DNA from: Camelus ferus
Taxonomy: Eukaryota
NCBI RefSeq assembly: GCF_009834535.1
Contig: NC_045696.1
Span: 60,824,001-60,888,000 of the forward strand
DNA length: 64,000 nucleotides
Direction: 5' to 3'
Shown here piece after piece: positions 24,290 through 37,258 of the stretch (position 1 is the stretch's first letter; each line of letters opens with the position of its first letter). The notes beneath the pieces were generated by a model. That model made no database searches, was not told the origin of the DNA, and saw only the letters and a list, made by a program, of their open reading frames with translations. The position numbers were made by a program, and so were the translations under genes.

Positions 24290-26230
24290 TTCATGCCAAG
24301 TTTCTCATATGCAAGTTAGGGCACCATTGGGAAAGAATGGGACCCTGCAACTCGGAATGGGAACATCTGGTTGGACTCAGAGGTGCATAAATGACAGTCC
24401 TGAACTTCTAAGTCACGTAAGCCTCTCTTGCCAGTAGAAGTAGCCTGCCTTCTTGTGTCTGAGGAGATTAGCCTTCCTTTCTCTGAAAACTCTATGATAA
24501 TTTCATCTGAGGCAGATGCCTTGAAAAAGGATGTTCACTCAAGCCCTAGTGCAGTCACCCCTTTTTTTCCATGGATCCATCACTAGGGTCAAATCTCAGC
24601 AGGTTCCATGCTGACAGATAACTCAGAAGGAAATAGCTCACACTCCAAATGAATTACAAGACTTTGCTGATATTTATTGGTCCAAACCTGGGGGCCATAT
24701 ATGGGAATGGATTCTAAGGGTGTTAGACCAAGGAGGGTGGAATTCAACACTAGACTGAGTCAAGTTTATTTGATATGATATACTTACTAGAGATTCTGGA
24801 TATAATGTGTTAGCTTGTGTAGCTGGAGGTAACTCTTAACAGTTTGCTTAGTTGGTTAACTGAAACTTGGTCTCAACAGTGGCCCATATTTAATGAAGTA
24901 GAGATGCCAGAGCTTCCCTGCTATGATGTGGAGGAGAGAATTCAAAGACTTAGGGAGATTGGAATATCAGAGTGAATTTATCATGTGTGACCTAACACCC
25001 ACCCAAACACCCACCTCTAACTAGTTCCTGTGAGACACTCCTTCTCGGAAGACACTCCTTTACTAACAAATTAGTTAAGGCACGCCTGCATCCTTGAAAA
25101 GCCCCACGGTTGCTTTCTTATGTAGGCCAAGTAAGACCATGGGTGATAACATCACTAATATGAACTCCTTGATTTTAATGGGGACAATGGGATCATGGAG
25201 TGCCAGAGGACATGTGGTAGCACTTAACTACCAAAGACAAGGTGGACGCAGTTACCATGGAGGGCAGCAGGGATGTACTCAGATGTAATCAGAAGATCTT
25301 TGCCCACAGGGATGTTTGGCAATGACTAATTAATCATGGTATCCCTAGGAATAAAATTGATGGGCAGCCTGATAAAGCATTATTGATCCATGTAACAGAA
25401 AAAAAGTCCAAGTGTAGTAGCCAGAAACCTGAGTTGAGTCACCACAATGAGGAGTCATGACCTTTCATCCAGTTTCCAGACCAAGTAAATTCACAGACCC
25501 AGAGCCCCCTGACTGAAGGGAGCAGGTCTCAGTGAGGATGCACTCTGCAGCACAGCTCAAGTAATGCAAGTGAATCTTGCTCTAAGCCTTATCCAAGGGA
25601 CCCGTGGCTACTTATTAGAGTGACTATACACTGGAAAAAAGAAAATATCCAGACCTTTTGAGATTACTTAACGTTGGCCCTGAATTTATGATAATTCCTG
25701 AGGACTCAAAACAACACTGTGGCCCCTACTCAAAATGGGAGATTATGGTGGTCAGGTGATACATGGAGACATAGGTCTGATTTGCTCTGGGCCCACTTAT
25801 TCTATGGATCCACCCTGTGGTACTTTCCCCAGTTACTGGATATACAATTGGAATAGACATACTTGGCAACAGACAGAATTTTCACACTGCAGTTAGTATT
25901 CCAGATGTAGTATCTTTACTGGAGAAAACCTTCAGTGGCCACTGGCACATAGTAGGCAGCTATTAACTTGACTAAAGCCCCTGTCTCCAAACTAGTTTGA
26001 AAAAAAACTCCAGAAGTTTTTACCTGGCAGGACCAATAGTACACCGTCACAGTTTCACTTCAGTGCTATGTCATTTCTCTTTTCTCTGCCGTACTGTGGC
26101 CTGCAAAGGTACTGCCTGCTTTGTCTTTCCACAAGACCTTGTAGTAGTCCACTGCACTATGTTGACTGTATCTGATGAACAGAAAGAAGCAAGGATTTTA
26201 GATGCCTTAGACATATGTGAATTAGAAGGT
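24290..26230 (+). mobile_element. Degraded ERVL-class internal (gag/pol) sequence
   Basis: caagttagggcaccattgggaaagaatgggaccctgcaactcggaatgggaacatctgg resembles the ERVL gag motif (KVRALIGKEWDP.TWNGD.W). Protease/RT-like remnants follow, with many stops. Confidence 0.7.
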
Positions 26231-29200
26231 AAGAGTACTATTTTTAGTACTAATTCTGTATCATCATGGTCCACTTAGGTAACAGAAATCACATCAGTAA
26301 TTTGAGCAGGGAAAGTTGAACAAAAGAATCATTAACTGGTAATAAGGGATTGGCTACAAAGAAAGGATAAAAGAGAACTTGAGGGCTGAAGGACAGTATC
26401 CAAGGAAAGAATAAACAGAGAAGATTGCTTTGTTGCTCTGGGTCAGAGCTGGTCACAGCTAGTGGGATAAATCTGGTCAAGCAGGGAACTGTGGACTGTT
26501 TGGCAAGCAAGAATCCTTCTGTTGTATCAGCAAAACTTGTTGGTGAACAAGTGCCACTGGGTGTCCCACACCTCTGCTGCTGTCAGCTGTGCCCCGAAAC
26601 AAAAGAGGAAGCACACAGGAACCAAGGGGAGCTTTGTCGCGTCCCTCTAGCGCCCTCTACTGACAAAGCTGAACATGGTGCCAGTTTACAAAAGAGAAAT
26701 GATTATGGCAAGCTTCCAGTTTCACAAAGCTGGTCAGTGAAGGATGGTTTGGAGTTGAAAGACAATAAATTGATAACTGGCACAAATGGGGATTGTATGA
26801 AGTTTGCTCTGTAGGTTTATGGGAGATGAACTTTATAAAGTTAAGAAAGTTTCTTTTTAGTCTTATCTTGCTAAATTTTTTCCCCCTTCTTAATCAGGAA
26901 TGTCTTCAGTTTTATGAGACAGATTTTTAAAAATACATTGAGATGATATGGTTTTCTTCTCTTTTAATATGTTAATAAAATAAAATACATTAATAGATTT
27001 GTTACGTCAAATCATCTTTAAATTCTTGGGATAAACCCTTCTTGGTCATAATTTATTATTCTCTTACTAGACTGCTAGAATTACAGATTTTTATTTTGTA
27101 TTTATATATTCCATAAGTGAGATTAACCTATAGATTCACTTTTTGGTGCTTCTTTGATGTATTGTGATCAGTTATGCTAACTTGGTAGCTTGAGTTGAGA
27201 AGTTTTCCATTTTTTTATACTCTGAAACCTAAAAGTAGAAATAGAACAAAATAGATTATTATCTGTTCCTTGAAACTGATAAATTTCAGCATAAATACTC
27301 CTGAGATATTTGGCTACTTTTTCAATTTTTTAAGTGATTATTGATGTCTTTTCTTTAAAAAATCTTTGAGTCATTTTTGGTAACTTAATCTTCCTAGAAA
27401 ATAATCCACTTCATCAAAACATTCATTAAATGTCTTAGTATAAAGGTGTACTCTATAGTTTCTAACAGTATAAATTTTTTTATTTCTGAAGTTATCTTTT
27501 TTCATCCCTTATTTTAAAAAATTTGTGTCTTCTCTCCCTTTATCTTGCTGAGACTTTCAAAAGTTTGACCATTTTATTGGTCTTTACAAAAATCTCTTTT
27601 TGGTTTTATTGAGCAAATCTGTTTTTTCCCGTCACATTGGTTTTTGCTTTAATTTTGAGTAATTATTTTCTTTGTGCTTATGTTGCTAATCTTTGTCTAG
27701 TTTCTTAAGTGCTGAATTCATTTACTTTAAAATTTCATTCTTTTCTTGTAACTGATATAAATCAACATTTTTCTGAGTACAGTTTGGCTATAATCTAGAG
27801 GTTTTGATAATTAATGGTTATATTGTCTTTCCTTTCCAAATAATTTGAAATTTCTTTCATTTTTCCCCAGCATTTTATCATGTTTCCAAATATACACAAA
27901 GTTGAAAGAATTTTACAGTGAATGCCCAAATACCTTCTAGTTGTAGATTGTACCATTTACATTTTATTATTCTTGCTTTATCACATATCTATACATCCTT
28001 CCTCCACTAGTCCATCTTATCTTTTTTATGCCTTTAAAAGTAAACTGTAGACATCATGATTTTTAGTTTATGACTTGTTATGTCCTTTTTAACCCAAAAG
28101 TTATTTAAGAGGGTGTTTCTGAAATGTCCAAGTAGTTGAAGTTGGAGAGGGAAGAATGTGGTCTGTATTCCGTTGCTCACAACAATGCTTTGACGTTTAT
28201 ACACTCTTACTGTCTTCCATTGTGGTTTCAGAATGTGAAATATAAGACTGATGCTTGTTGGAATTTGTAGAGCTCTTACTTGGGTTTATTATATGCTCAG
28301 GTTATATGAATATTCCATGGGTATTTGAAAAGAATGTTTTCTCTGTTAGGTACAAAGTTATATAAGTATTTATCAGTCTAGCTGTCAAATTCTCTACCTG
28401 AGCTATTAATTTCAGAGAAGTGTGATAGTCTCCTAAGATGATTGTGGATTTGTTAATTTCTTATATTTCTAATGATTTTTGCTTTATGTATTCCAAAATA
28501 TGTTGTTAGAATATAAAAGTTCATAACTGTAATGTGTTCTCAATAAGGCTTGACAGTTTATCAGTTTAAAACATCCCTTTTTGTCTTATTTTTGGCTTGA
28601 CTTCTACTTTGCCAAATATTAATTGCCAAACCTGCTTTCTTTTTGCTTTGATTCTATGGTTTTAGCTGTGTTTTTTATTAACAGTTCATAGTTGGATTAA
28701 AAAAAATCTGAGAGTTTCTTTCTTTTGATAGGGGAGTTTACTCCAATTTATTTATTGTGATTTTTCATTTATTTGTACTTAATTCTTCCATCTTATTTTA
28801 TGTTTCCTGCTTTTTAAGCTCTCTAGTTGCCTCTCTCCTTCTTACCTTTAGTGGAATTGATGGAATTTTTATTGCTCAATTTCCAGCTTTCTAGTGCAAA
28901 CTCCAGTTATTAGCATACCACGTTCCTGGTTTTGTAATATCTACATACCACCTGTGTTATTATCATTTTCTAATTAGTTACTTATCTAAACAACTATATC
29001 AATTTATTTTCAGTCGAGATTATTATATCATTACTATAAAAGGAAAGCCAGTATCATTTACCATAAATAGAAATTAATGTAAATAGAAGTGCAACAAATA
29101 CCAGACGATACGACTACATTTTAGCCAGCTCCTCTTGCCTGCCTGGAGCCTGTTCTTTCACTTTTTTTTTTTTTTTAAAGTACAGTTGATTTACAATGAC

Positions 29201-30505
29201 TGTCAGTTTCTGGTGTACACACATAGTGATTCACTTATACATATATATATTCTTTTTCATTACAGGTTATTACAAGCTATTGAATATAGTTCCCTGTGCT
29301 ACACAGTAGGACCTTGTTGTTTGTTCTCTTTTTGATTAAAAAAGTGTTAAGAGTTAGAAAGATGTTAAAGACATGATTGCACCAAACTGACAGAATCATG
29401 CGTTGTGAGTGATGTTTTTATAAAAATTCCGTGTTTGTGTACCACCTGAAGGCTCCTCTTTATGTCTCATTCTTGAGGTACATGCTCTAGGAGTTTGTTA
29501 CACATTCTATCCTTGCAGTGGTAATCCTTAAAAATTTAACATATGTTTAAACTTTGTTCCTTCTCTTAGTCTAATCAGTAGTTATATCTTCTTGCCTTTA
29601 TTGAGGCAAAGCTTTTACTTACTTCTTCTCTTTGTCTCCTACATCCCATGTTGAAATCATTCATTATATATTTCTACTTAATTGATGAGGGAACTGAGGC
29701 TTGGGGAATTTAAGCAAACTTGTTCAAGTGACAAAGTTCAGAGTTGAACCTAGGCAATCTGCCTTCAGAGCCTGTGTTCCTTCCACTAGATGATGCTGCC
29801 TAATTTGGGATTTTGTTCCAGATTATGATTTATTATTAAAAAGTTATGATATATAGGGTAAATACACACTTTACTATTTCTTCTCCATCTGACTTCATTT
29901 CATCCTTGAGTAACTCTTTCAAAAAGATTAGATACATTCTCTTTCCCTCACATTTGAATGCAAGGCTAGCTAGGAATAGAATCTTAGATTCACATTTATT
30001 GCCTTTTAGAATTTTGAAGACATTGTACCCTTCTTGACTAGTCTTTAGTGTTGTCAGTCAAAGACTGTCTGTTGCCATTCCTTATCCTTCACAATTTTCT
30101 ACTTACCCCGTATTCCTTTCTTCTTCACTGCAACTTCTCTTATCCAGACATGTGGAAAGATCTTTCCCCCATTTTTAAATTGAGTAATAACATACATGCA
30201 GTATGTTGTAAAGTACACAGATATTAAGTATACAGTTTGATGACTGTTTATGTCTAAACACCCCTGTAACCACCACTCAGATAGAGACATAGAGCACACA
30301 TCACAGACGTCTCCCTTAGGCCCCATTCCCAATCAATAAACCAAGCCAATAAACCTCATCCAATGATGGGTGAAGTAACCATCATTCTGACTTTTATCAC
30401 TATAGAAAAGTTGTGCTTGTTCTTGAAACTTATATAAATGATTTCATGTAGTATATACTTTTTTGCATCTGGTGGAAGCCATATTTTATTGTTCTTTCCA
30501 AATAG

Positions 30506-30637
30506 AAATTGGAGGAGAAGCTAGAGTTCTGGATGGAGAAATTTGATAAGGACACAGAAATGAAACAGAATGAACTAAATGCTCTCAAAGCTGCTAAGGC
30601 CAGTGACTTAGCTCACCTTCAAGAACTTGCAAAGACG
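30506..30637 (+). CDS. IQCG: IQCG coding exon 8
   Basis: ccaaatag|AAA. Encodes [44 protein letters not shown]. Donor ACG|gtaagg. Confidence 0.95.
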
Positions 30638-30861
30638 GTAAGGAAGCAGAGTCTGACCAGTGTAGGCTGAGAGCACTCAGGTGTGGGCGGTAGCTAAGCA
30701 GCAGTAGCTGGGTAATGCTAGTTTTGGTTACAGACTGGAGGTGTGCTTGCAAGCCGCTGGGATTCTTTTTTGATGATGATGTCATCAATGATGGGGACAA
30801 TAACAGCAGCAGCTGACACATCATAATGCTTAATATCCCAGGCACTCTTCTAGTATTTTAC

Positions 30862-31014
30862 TTTTTTTTTTCTTTACTTTTTTTGGGGGGAGGGTAAGGT
30901 AATTATGTTTGTTTGTTTGTTTACCGTTTATTTATTTAACGGAGGTACTGGGGATTGAACCCAGGACCTCGTGTATGCTAGGCACTTGCTCTACCGCTGA
31001 GATATACCCTCCCC
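30862..31014 (-). mobile_element. tRNA-derived SINE (Vic-1-like)
   Basis: Same family. TSD CTAGTATTTTAC at 30850 and 31015. Confidence 0.88.
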
Positions 31015-31511
31015 CTAGTATTTTACACATATAACTTATTTAACCCTCCCAAGAATCCCTTGAGCGAGATTCTATTTTTATTTCTACTTTGATCTCTGAA
31101 GACAATTATAAACAATGATTTATAAAAAGCTTCTGATTATGGTTTCATCATTGAATAAATGGAGAACTGCTTGAATTTCTCTTTTAAAAGATGACTATTT
31201 GTAGGTGTACATTCTATTATAGTTTTTTAAAATTACATTATTTGAGGTCATTAGTCACATCAAATTAGTATTTCATTTTTATTAAAGATTTTAAAGCAAG
31301 TTTAACTTACTCAAACTGAAAAATATTAGGGGAACAATTATAAAGTTAATATGTGAATATTGACAATATAGGAATCCAGTAAGTTTTTTCTTTGGTTTAT
31401 CTTTAGATCTGGCATGCTTCATTTCAAAGTTTTACATGAAAAATGCAGGGCTTGTTGGGCCACAGCTTACCCAAGAGTCCTGTAACACATGATTAATGTC
31501 TACCTTTGCAG

Positions 31512-31613
31512 CTAAGGGAATATGAACAGGTCATCATTGAAGATCGTATAGAAAAGGAGAACACCAGGAAGCAGATACAACAGGATGACTTGGAATTAGA
31601 GAGCGCCATAAAG
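31512..31613 (+). CDS. IQCG: IQCG coding exon 9
   Basis: ctttgcag|CTA. Encodes [34 protein letters not shown]. Donor AAG|gtagaa. Confidence 0.95.
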
Positions 31614-33035
31614 GTAGAAAACCTCAATTGGCATCCTGGGGCCTTTTCAATTCTGTAGTTGGCCAAACACCGAGGAGTGTAAAGCATCTCTCGTTTATTA
31701 TCAAACTCGGAACAGGAGATCTGTGAGGAAGCATGGCCTTTTGTTATTATTGGAGTTTGCCAACACAGTCTGTGGTGCAGAAGGATAGTTAAGAGAAAAG
31801 GACATGCCTCTGATTTTTAATCTGGGGAAGAAGAGCTGGTTAGCAGTGAGAGCAAAACCTAGAACTTGTGCCCAGTGGGTCAAACTTATGAATACTATTT
31901 CTTACCAAAACAGCTCTTAAAGTAATTATTTTTAATATCATACTGCTTCTTAAAATCCTATTTATAAGTCAGCCCATGCCACCTGCAAGGTTCTGATAAG
32001 ATCTGTTTTTAAAAAACATGAAGGGGTAAGTAGAAGTTCAGAAAAAAGGAGATTTAAGTTTTATATGAACTTGTGTATATTAGTGATGATGAAACTGGCA
32101 GGTCAGATTCTGTTTGGTAGGAAGTATTTTCAAGCAAAAATAACATCTGCTGAACTAGAACTATGGTTTTGAGGATTGCTCTTCTCTCTGTAAGAGGAGT
32201 ATCTGTTGAGACCCTATGGTGTGCATACTGTGGTTTGGGATGTACACCGGGGGCAGATTATGAAAGTAGGCTTTAAAGTACATTTAGGACCAGGTATTCA
32301 GACCCAAACTTGATCTTTCCATTAGGAGAGTCAGATGTATAGTTAGCAAGTATTTATTGAGCTTCTATGATATTTTCTATTTGTCAGAATTCCTTATTTA
32401 GAGGAAAACTGTAAGTAGTAGCTGAAGGCCATTTTTGTTTTCTTTTTACTAGTGGATTTGCTCCGAGTCTTGGGGCTTAGTCTGAATTTAAAGTGGCCCA
32501 GACTGTATTCAGAACAGTTGTGTCTAATGGCTAACACATTCAAGGGAGCTATCTAAATCCCTTTTGAAAGTAAGAGGAATCTGGATCCTTTAATCAATTA
32601 TTAAAGACATGAAATGCACCAGGAAGTCTATTGAAGTCACCTAGATTATCTGCACATTTTTACTTGAGTGTTTGTGGCTCAGGTAACTAGCATCCCTTTT
32701 AGATCAAATGGTTGGTAGATGTGGGGAACGTGGGTGTTCAGAAAGTACAAGGGAGTCAGGTTTCTAAGTGCAAAGGAAAGATAGGCCTAATCAATCAGAT
32801 TACTTTTATTTTTACTCCTTGAGAACTTTACTCTCAAGTACATGACTTAAGCTCTGGGTCCTGCACAAGGAGGGTGGGGGGGCAATGCTCTAGGGATGGC
32901 ACACTTGGCCACCTCCATGTCACAGAGAGCCTTCTTCACAGAAGTTAGTTTATGAAAAGACGATCCCCTTACATAGAAAGAATGCAGCGTGTCAGGCATA
33001 CTATAAATTGTACTCACTTCCCTGTTCTCTTCCAG

Positions 33036-33176
33036 CTCCAGGCCTGGTGGCGAGGCACTGTGGTGCGGAGAGAAATCGGTAGTTTCAGAATGCCCAAGAA
33101 GGACAAAGATGACAGCAAAGAGTCAAAAGGTAAAGGTAAAGGCAAAGACAAGGACAAGAGGAGACGCAAGAAGTGA
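33036..33176 (+). CDS. IQCG: IQCG last coding exon (IQ motif, Lys-rich tail)
   Basis: ctcttccag|CTC CAG. Encodes [12 protein letters not shown] (IQxxxRGxxxR) through [15 protein letters not shown], then TGA. All 10 exons sum to 1323 nt with no internal stop. Confidence 0.96.
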   Translation, partial: LQAWWRGTVVRREIGSFRMPKKDKDDSKESKGKGKGKDKDKRRRKK

Positions 33177-33489
33177 CCAAGTTATCTTCTGTCTTTTCTG
33201 CTGGTGTTCTGGAGACTCAGGAGGACCTGAAAGGAGTAAGAAATACCTTTTACCATCACAGATAACTCATCTACAGGTTGTTTCTTATTTGGACATTCCC
33301 AGGTGAGGCCTGGTTATTTCACTTTGCCTGTTATATTAGTTTTCAAACCCCAAATTAGTATTATACCATGGATTCAGGGCTTCTTCATAATTTGGAAAAG
33401 TTTTGCTGAGAAGTATTTCTAGGAGCCTTGTGAATATTCTTGCTCTTTCTCACCAGAAAAACAGCACATGAGCTTAGTTATAGTGATGT

Positions 33490-33505
33490 ATTAAACTTCA
33501 GTAAA
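33490..33505 (+). terminator. Candidate IQCG poly(A) signals
   Basis: ATTAAA 33490-33495 and AGTAAA 33500-33505, ~320 nt after the stop and followed by T-rich sequence. Another ATTAAA at 33642. Confidence 0.5.
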
Positions 33506-34381
33506 TTCCTGTACTGTCTCTGATTCTGATTTTATTCAGCTTGCCTATAGTGAAAACTGACACTTAGGAGCAAAGGGTGTCATAAGTGACATTCTTATCG
33601 GCAGAAATGTAGTTTTCAGTAGGAACTACAAGATGACATTCATTAAATGTCCAGTATAATACATACACAGTAAAGTTTTAATTAAGGTTGGTTCCTGCCT
33701 GCTGTTTGGATTTATTATCACTTCAGTGTTTTTATGGGGAGAGGGTGTGGCATCTTATTCATGTCTTACTATCAGCCCCTTCAGCTCCTCTTCTGGGAAA
33801 CAGGCCGGGATATAAATTATAAATACAAGACAGAAATGAGATATTAGGATATAGAATCTAAGCATAGGACAGATGGGGGCACAGGTCCATGGGAAGACTA
33901 GTTTGGACGTATTTTTGATAAATGAGACACTAGGGTGTACACCTGCTCTCCCTGCTCAATAGCGCTCACCTTATGGGGTACGACGACTAAAAGAGATAAG
34001 GCAGGCGAAAATACCTAACCCGTGCCTGGCACATAAAGCTGTCAGTCTTCCTCTTCCCCTAAAAAAGAATGGGCCCCTGGGTCATTCTTGCCTTGATTAG
34101 TCAGGATACAATGTCTTGGGATGCTGAAGTTTTCCCTATAGCACAGTTGGTAATTTCTGAGAGAAACGTTGTCCAAATGTGTCACATATATTTCAAAATT
34201 AAGCCTTATATGTTACTCCAAATACAGGGCAATACTGATATCTGTACTTCCTCAAAAAAGTACATTTTAATCTAAAGGGACTATTATGAGGACCCAGTTT
34301 CTACTGAGTTCCTTCAGGAGATCTACCTTTTCATTTTCACCAAGGAAACCATGTTTAGGTATGAACATTTTCAAATCAGCC

Positions 34382-34415
34382 TTTATTTCATGCTACTGAA
34401 GTGTTGGCTTTTATT
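34382..34415 (-). terminator. Candidate distal LRCH3 poly(A) signals
   Basis: Two minus-strand AATAAA (34415-34410, 34387-34382) at the end of a long, repeat-poor, AU-rich 3'UTR-like stretch. Confidence 0.55.
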
Positions 34416-37132
34416 TTAATGTCAATGTGTAAGGTGGCATACAGGCAATTTAAAATAGCATACATGATATGGACATATTTATTCTTAGAATTTATGCATT
34501 ATATGTACAGACATACACATATAGGACAATGTTTTACAAAATCTTACTAATTACATGTTTACAACATTTTCAGAAATAAAATGAAATCTGCTGTAAACCA
34601 TCTTACTGCAATATGTATATAAAGGTTCTAAATATCCATGTTTTCCTTCATTTCTATAACCATTTAAGCACTTAGTTTTAAAAAATTCATCATACTTATC
34701 AGCGTAGTCACACATCATTAGTCACTGCTGAGCTGTTATCAAGTAAGAGCAATCAGACTCCTTGATTAGCTGGAAGGCTGCATTTTCAAAAGCTATTAGG
34801 AAAGTCACCTACTACAACTAACTGTCCTACTCTACTCAAACTGAATACAAAGGCCCCTCCTCCCATGAGCTGTTGCCAGAGAAAGCTGGTCTGGAGTGCT
34901 AAACAAGATGAGTTAGGAAGCCCAAAAACCTGCTGACTTAAAATCTCCCCTAGTGGGCGGGTACTTAGCCTTTTCTTCGTTCATACTTCAGCTCTGGGAA
35001 GCTTGCTGCTTCCGTGGGAAGCTCATAAATGGTCAGGTGGAACTGTCACAAAGTCATTTTCGTCTTACGCTGCAGTCTAGCAAGGCTAAATGTTAAATCG
35101 TCTTCCCAGTTTGGAAAAAAAAGGTACACATAAAACACTGAATACAAACATTTTCCAAAAAAACCATCACAACTTGTTTTTGCATCTTGAAATAGAAAAG
35201 ACATTCATTATACTTGATTATTTTTCTTTCATTATCAACCAAAACTGTACACAAATATTTTCTAACAATTCAAATATAAATTTGAATGAGTTTGATAAAA
35301 ATATATGAATAAGGTTTCATGCTATGTATAAAATTTGAAATAAGCTGAAATTTCCACTTATTCCTATGGGAAAATTAGTTCCAAATGTTGCATTATACAT
35401 GTTGACTGGGATTATTCCTTGCATGACATGTGACAAACAGTTCTGTCTTTTGCTGGGTTTCATTTCAAATGGCTCTCTGTATAATCTAGCGATTGTACTG
35501 AGGTTTAATGTTGAATTGAAGTAAAAATACCTATAGTTTAAAAATATAAACAGCTAAATTATAAACAAGTCATATGATTAGTGGGTCTGTTTGGAACTGT
35601 AAATATGATGAGATCTGGCTCCAGGCACTTAAAACATGTTTTACTTTTGCTCTGTGAGGACCCTGAAGGATTGGGCTTTGAGCGCAGATGTTTTGTGTTA
35701 CATAATTTTAAACATGTGATATCGAAGAGAAAACATTATGCTCAAACGCATGCACTGGTAAAGAAAATCCAGAACAGTTAACGACAGGGAAAAAACCTAG
35801 ATAACTAGTATATTCACTTACTCTATTTGGTTTACAAAGGCAGTGAATATGAAAAGATAACACTGACAACTGAAAAAGGCTCAAAATATGAGGGGAAGAC
35901 AGACCCAAGTGGCTTAGACTTGAATGAAGGCTTCTGGCTTTGTGTTGCCTGAGCCCTTGGGCCCTTTTACTCTACCCGCAACTGAGTAACTAAGCGGGAA
36001 GTAACTACTGCGGGAGCCAGACGGTTAGGTGAAAAGACAGTGAGCTGTTTTTAAGATGTCACAGGTGCTTTAATTTAGCCACAGAAATTGGCCGTTACCT
36101 GAAAGAAACATAAGAAACGTGGCCTCTCCTTTCTTTTCATCATCTCCCATAAGCTGGGGAGCTGGAAGTTTATCTGCTGTGACTGGAAGGTGTTCAGGGT
36201 CCAGGTATCCTGGGAGCAGCATGGGGCTGGGGGGGTGTGTGTGTGGAGGGGGCACTCAATGAAGTCTATGCACAGGATGTGGACCAAAATATGCCACCAG
36301 CCTGAAGACCTGGAACCTGTGTGTACAGTGCTTGTTTCTAATGTTTAGATACTAGTAGGATGATACACAGAACCATCCTCTCAAGTGGTGGTGGACCGGA
36401 ACTGGGAGGAGGCCTCGGACACTGGCCTTAAATACAACAGCATCTGTTTCATTGTTTCACTATGCAAAATCTAGAGCTTCTACATTACTTTTGTTTTGCC
36501 TTGGACAAAACAGTCCAAGAAGTCAAATATAGCTTTTGATTTTAAATGTGGCTGAAAAACATAGTGGAGTCATTACTCCCCTAAATCATACACATGTCTA
36601 GCATGGAACTACATGAAACACCTGGAATGTTTGCTGAAATGCAGATAACCAGGCCTCACTCTAGACCTACTGAGTCACAATCTGTATTTTAACAGATGCT
36701 CCAGGAGATTCTAATGAATAACCACGTTTAGAAACGAGTGGACTCCAGAGGTCTTGGAAACAGGTAAAGAAAGATAACAGCAATGTCTGTGCCTTCAAGA
36801 GAGCCAAATATTCTTCTGAGAAGATCTTTTGTATGTGGAAAGGTCTACTCTCTAGGAAAGCACAGCCAGTTTAGGTTTCAGTGTTGGGTTCTCAGTAATG
36901 ACAGAAATAAGTTTCATTTGTGAAAACAAACTGTGTCTTCATAAACAATTCAATGCAAATGGATACAACCTCCCCTAAAATGGAGAAATGAAGAAAAATA
37001 TTCCTGTTAGGAATCATGGAAACAGTCCCTTTTAAGAACACATAAGCACTTTGTTAAGCAGATGGCTGGCAGCAGCAGTCGTGTTGTCCTGTTCCGTTTT
37101 GGCCAGGCCAACGCCCAAGGTGCAGGGAGTCC

Positions 37133-37258
37133 TTACACAGCAGATAACTGGTGCTGCTGCTGCTTGGGTGGGGCAAGTTCCAGGAGAGCCTGGACCGTCA
37201 CAGCAACCTGGCTCAAACCTTTCTCTTCTAAAATGTGGAGAGGCAAACATAATTGCTC
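37133..37258 (-). CDS. LRCH3: LRCH3 alternative terminal exon B (end of CH domain plus -SAV tail)
   Basis: cccatttcag|GAG. Encodes EQLCLPLHILEEKGLSQVAVTVQALLELAPPKQQQHQLSAV, then TAA. Confidence 0.92.
   Translation of the reverse strand, partial: EQLCLPLHILEEKGLSQVAVTVQALLELAPPKQQQHQLSAV

Noticed and set aside
26425..26814. 129-aa ORF, the longest in the track
   Set aside because: TTG start within degraded LTR-like sequence next to the ERVL remnant. No recognisable protein.
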